Assembly: GCA_048940645.1 (NCBI GenBank)
Contig: JBHLOI010000004.1
Span: forward strand, 32,001-96,000
Length of the DNA stretch: 64,000 bases
Origin: Promethearchaeota archaeon
Lineage (GTDB): Archaea; Asgardarchaeota; Lokiarchaeia; Sigyniarchaeales; SOKP01
Direction: 5' to 3'
Translations under genes and position numbers: made by a program
Shown here: positions 62,682-64,000 of the stretch, one piece after another
How the letters are laid out: every line of letters starts with the position of its first letter
Numbering within the stretch: the first letter of the stretch is position 1
Notes under the pieces: generated by a model
Seen by the model: the letters and a program-made list of their open reading frames with translations, nothing else
Database searches by the model: none
What the model was told of the DNA's origin: nothing

Positions 62682-64000
62682 ATGAAGATCAGCGAGAATA
62701 TTTTATCTCAACAATTAGTGAAAATTTGTGGTTCTAAAAATATCACAAATAATCCAGAAATTTTAAAGGAATATTCTACAGACATGAGTTTTTTTGATGG
62801 AATAATGCCAAAATATGTTGTTTGGCCATCTAAAACGCAAGAAGTATTAAAAATTTTAAAATTAGCGAATCAAATGAATTTTTATATTATTCCTGTAAGC
62901 TCAAGCTCTAAACTTAGACGCCATGGAGATACAATACCTAGAAAAGATAATTGTGTTATTATCGATTTATCTAAGATGAAAAAAATAATCTCTATTGATA
63001 AGAAAAATCGTGTTGTTATGGTTGAACCAGGTGTTACTTTTAAAGATTTAATCCCTAAGCTTAAGCAAAAAGGTTTAAGATTATTATTACCGCTCCATCC
63101 TACTGGGACAAAGTCAGTACTTACCAGTGCACTTGAAAGAGAGCCTATTATTATCCCTCGTTATCATTGGGATAGCTCAGATCCATTGTTGTGTACAGAA
63201 GTCGTTTTTGGTACAGCAGATTTATTTAGAACTGGAACAGCTGCAGGACCAGGAACAATCTCTCAGCAGCAAAAAATTGGTCAAGCTCAATTGAATCCAA
63301 TGGGACCCACACAATTTAGCCCTTTTAGAGTGATACAAGGAGCACAAGGTAGTTTAGGGGTTGTTACATGGGCTACTTTGAAATTAGAATTAATTCCTAC
63401 AATCCAAAAAGTATTCCATTTTCATTCGAATAAGATTGAAGAATTATTAAACTTTCAACAACAACTTGTAAAGTATAGATTATGTGATGAAACTTTTATT
63501 TTAAATAATTTAAATTTGGCTAGTTTAATTAGAAAAGGAGGTATAGAAATAGGAAAATTAACCAAATCTCTCTTAAAATGGAATTTGATTTTTATAATAT
63601 CTGGGAGAGGAGATTTAGCCATAGATAAATTGGATTATCTTGAAGGAGATATTAATGATCTTGTAAGAGATTCTAATTTTGTACATTTAGAGAAATCTGA
63701 TCTAATTAATTCTGAAACAATTTTAAAGTGTGTAAATGAATCTACTTCAGAACCATGGAGAATGAGATACAAAGGCTATTATCAAGATATTTTCTTTCTT
63801 AGTAATTTTGAGAATATCTCTAATTATATTTTGATGGTAGAATCTAAATATTCCGAAAATTTGGGTATTTATATTCAACCTATTAATCAAGGGACTTCAT
63901 ACCACTGTGAATTCGATTTTTTTTACGATCCAAATGATGAGGTTAAAATAAATGAAATAAAAAAGAAATCCGCAGAATTAAATATTGATTTAATGGATTC
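62682..64000 (+). CDS. FAD-linked oxidoreductase (GlcD/PCMH-type), 3'-truncated
   Basis: Not in ORF track: MKISENIL...PKYVVWP...IDLSKMKKI...VEPGVTF...GAQGSLGVVTW; runs off the window. Confidence 0.85.
   Translation, partial: MKISENILSQQLVKICGSKNITNNPEILKEYSTDMSFFDGIMPKYVVWPSKTQEVLKILKLANQMNFYIIPVSSSSKLRRHGDTIPRKDNCVIIDLSKMKKIISIDKKNRVVMVEPGVTFKDLIPKLKQKGLRLLLPLHPTGTKSVLTSALEREPIIIPRYHWDSSDPLLCTEVVFGTADLFRTGTAAGPGTISQQQKIGQAQLNPMGPTQFSPFRVIQGAQGSLGVVTWATLKLELIPTIQKVFHFHSNKIEELLNFQQQLVKYRLCDETFILNNLNLASLIRKGGIEIGKLTKSLLKWNLIFIISGRGDLAIDKLDYLEGDINDLVRDSNFVHLEKSDLINSETILKCVNESTSEPWRMRYKGYYQDIFFLSNFENISNYILMVESKYSENLGIYIQPINQGTSYHCEFDFFYDPNDEVKINEIKKKSAELNIDLMD

Noticed and set aside
1-64000. CRISPR arrays, tRNA/rRNA genes, transposases, integrases, defence systems
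   Set aside because: None recognised by eye; short or degenerate elements could have been missed without tools.

Overview
AT-rich archaeal chromosomal segment, very probably from an Asgard archaeon (Lokiarchaeia-like). It encodes a eukaryote-like actin, a profilin-like domain and an archaeal TFB, and has TTTAAATA TATA boxes and oligo-T terminators. In order, it contains: the end of a Cys-rich metal/arsenic cluster (HgcB-like ferredoxin, ubiquitin-like protein, ArsC); a Liv-type ABC transporter with a membrane-inserted HEAT protein and an acyl-CoA ligase; actin followed by a profilin-like/TrmB-HTH fusion; a PadR-controlled 7-gene operon (two BtrH-like Cys hydrolases, class II UvrA); an ArsR/ABC-2 exporter locus; a lipid beta-oxidation operon with SCP2 and ADP-forming acyl-CoA synthetase; a candidate hairpin ncRNA; ilvC-like, aor and pyk; a grpE-dnaK-dnaJ-clpB-tfb cluster; fba; FixC/FixX-like genes; and a truncated FAD oxidoreductase. 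No rRNA, tRNA, CRISPR array or transposase was seen. The best candidate for an undescribed system is the actin gene paired with a profilin-domain transcription factor and a palindromic site at the actin promoter, a possible actin-sensing transcriptional feedback circuit. All calls come from motif recognition by eye; no database searches were run.
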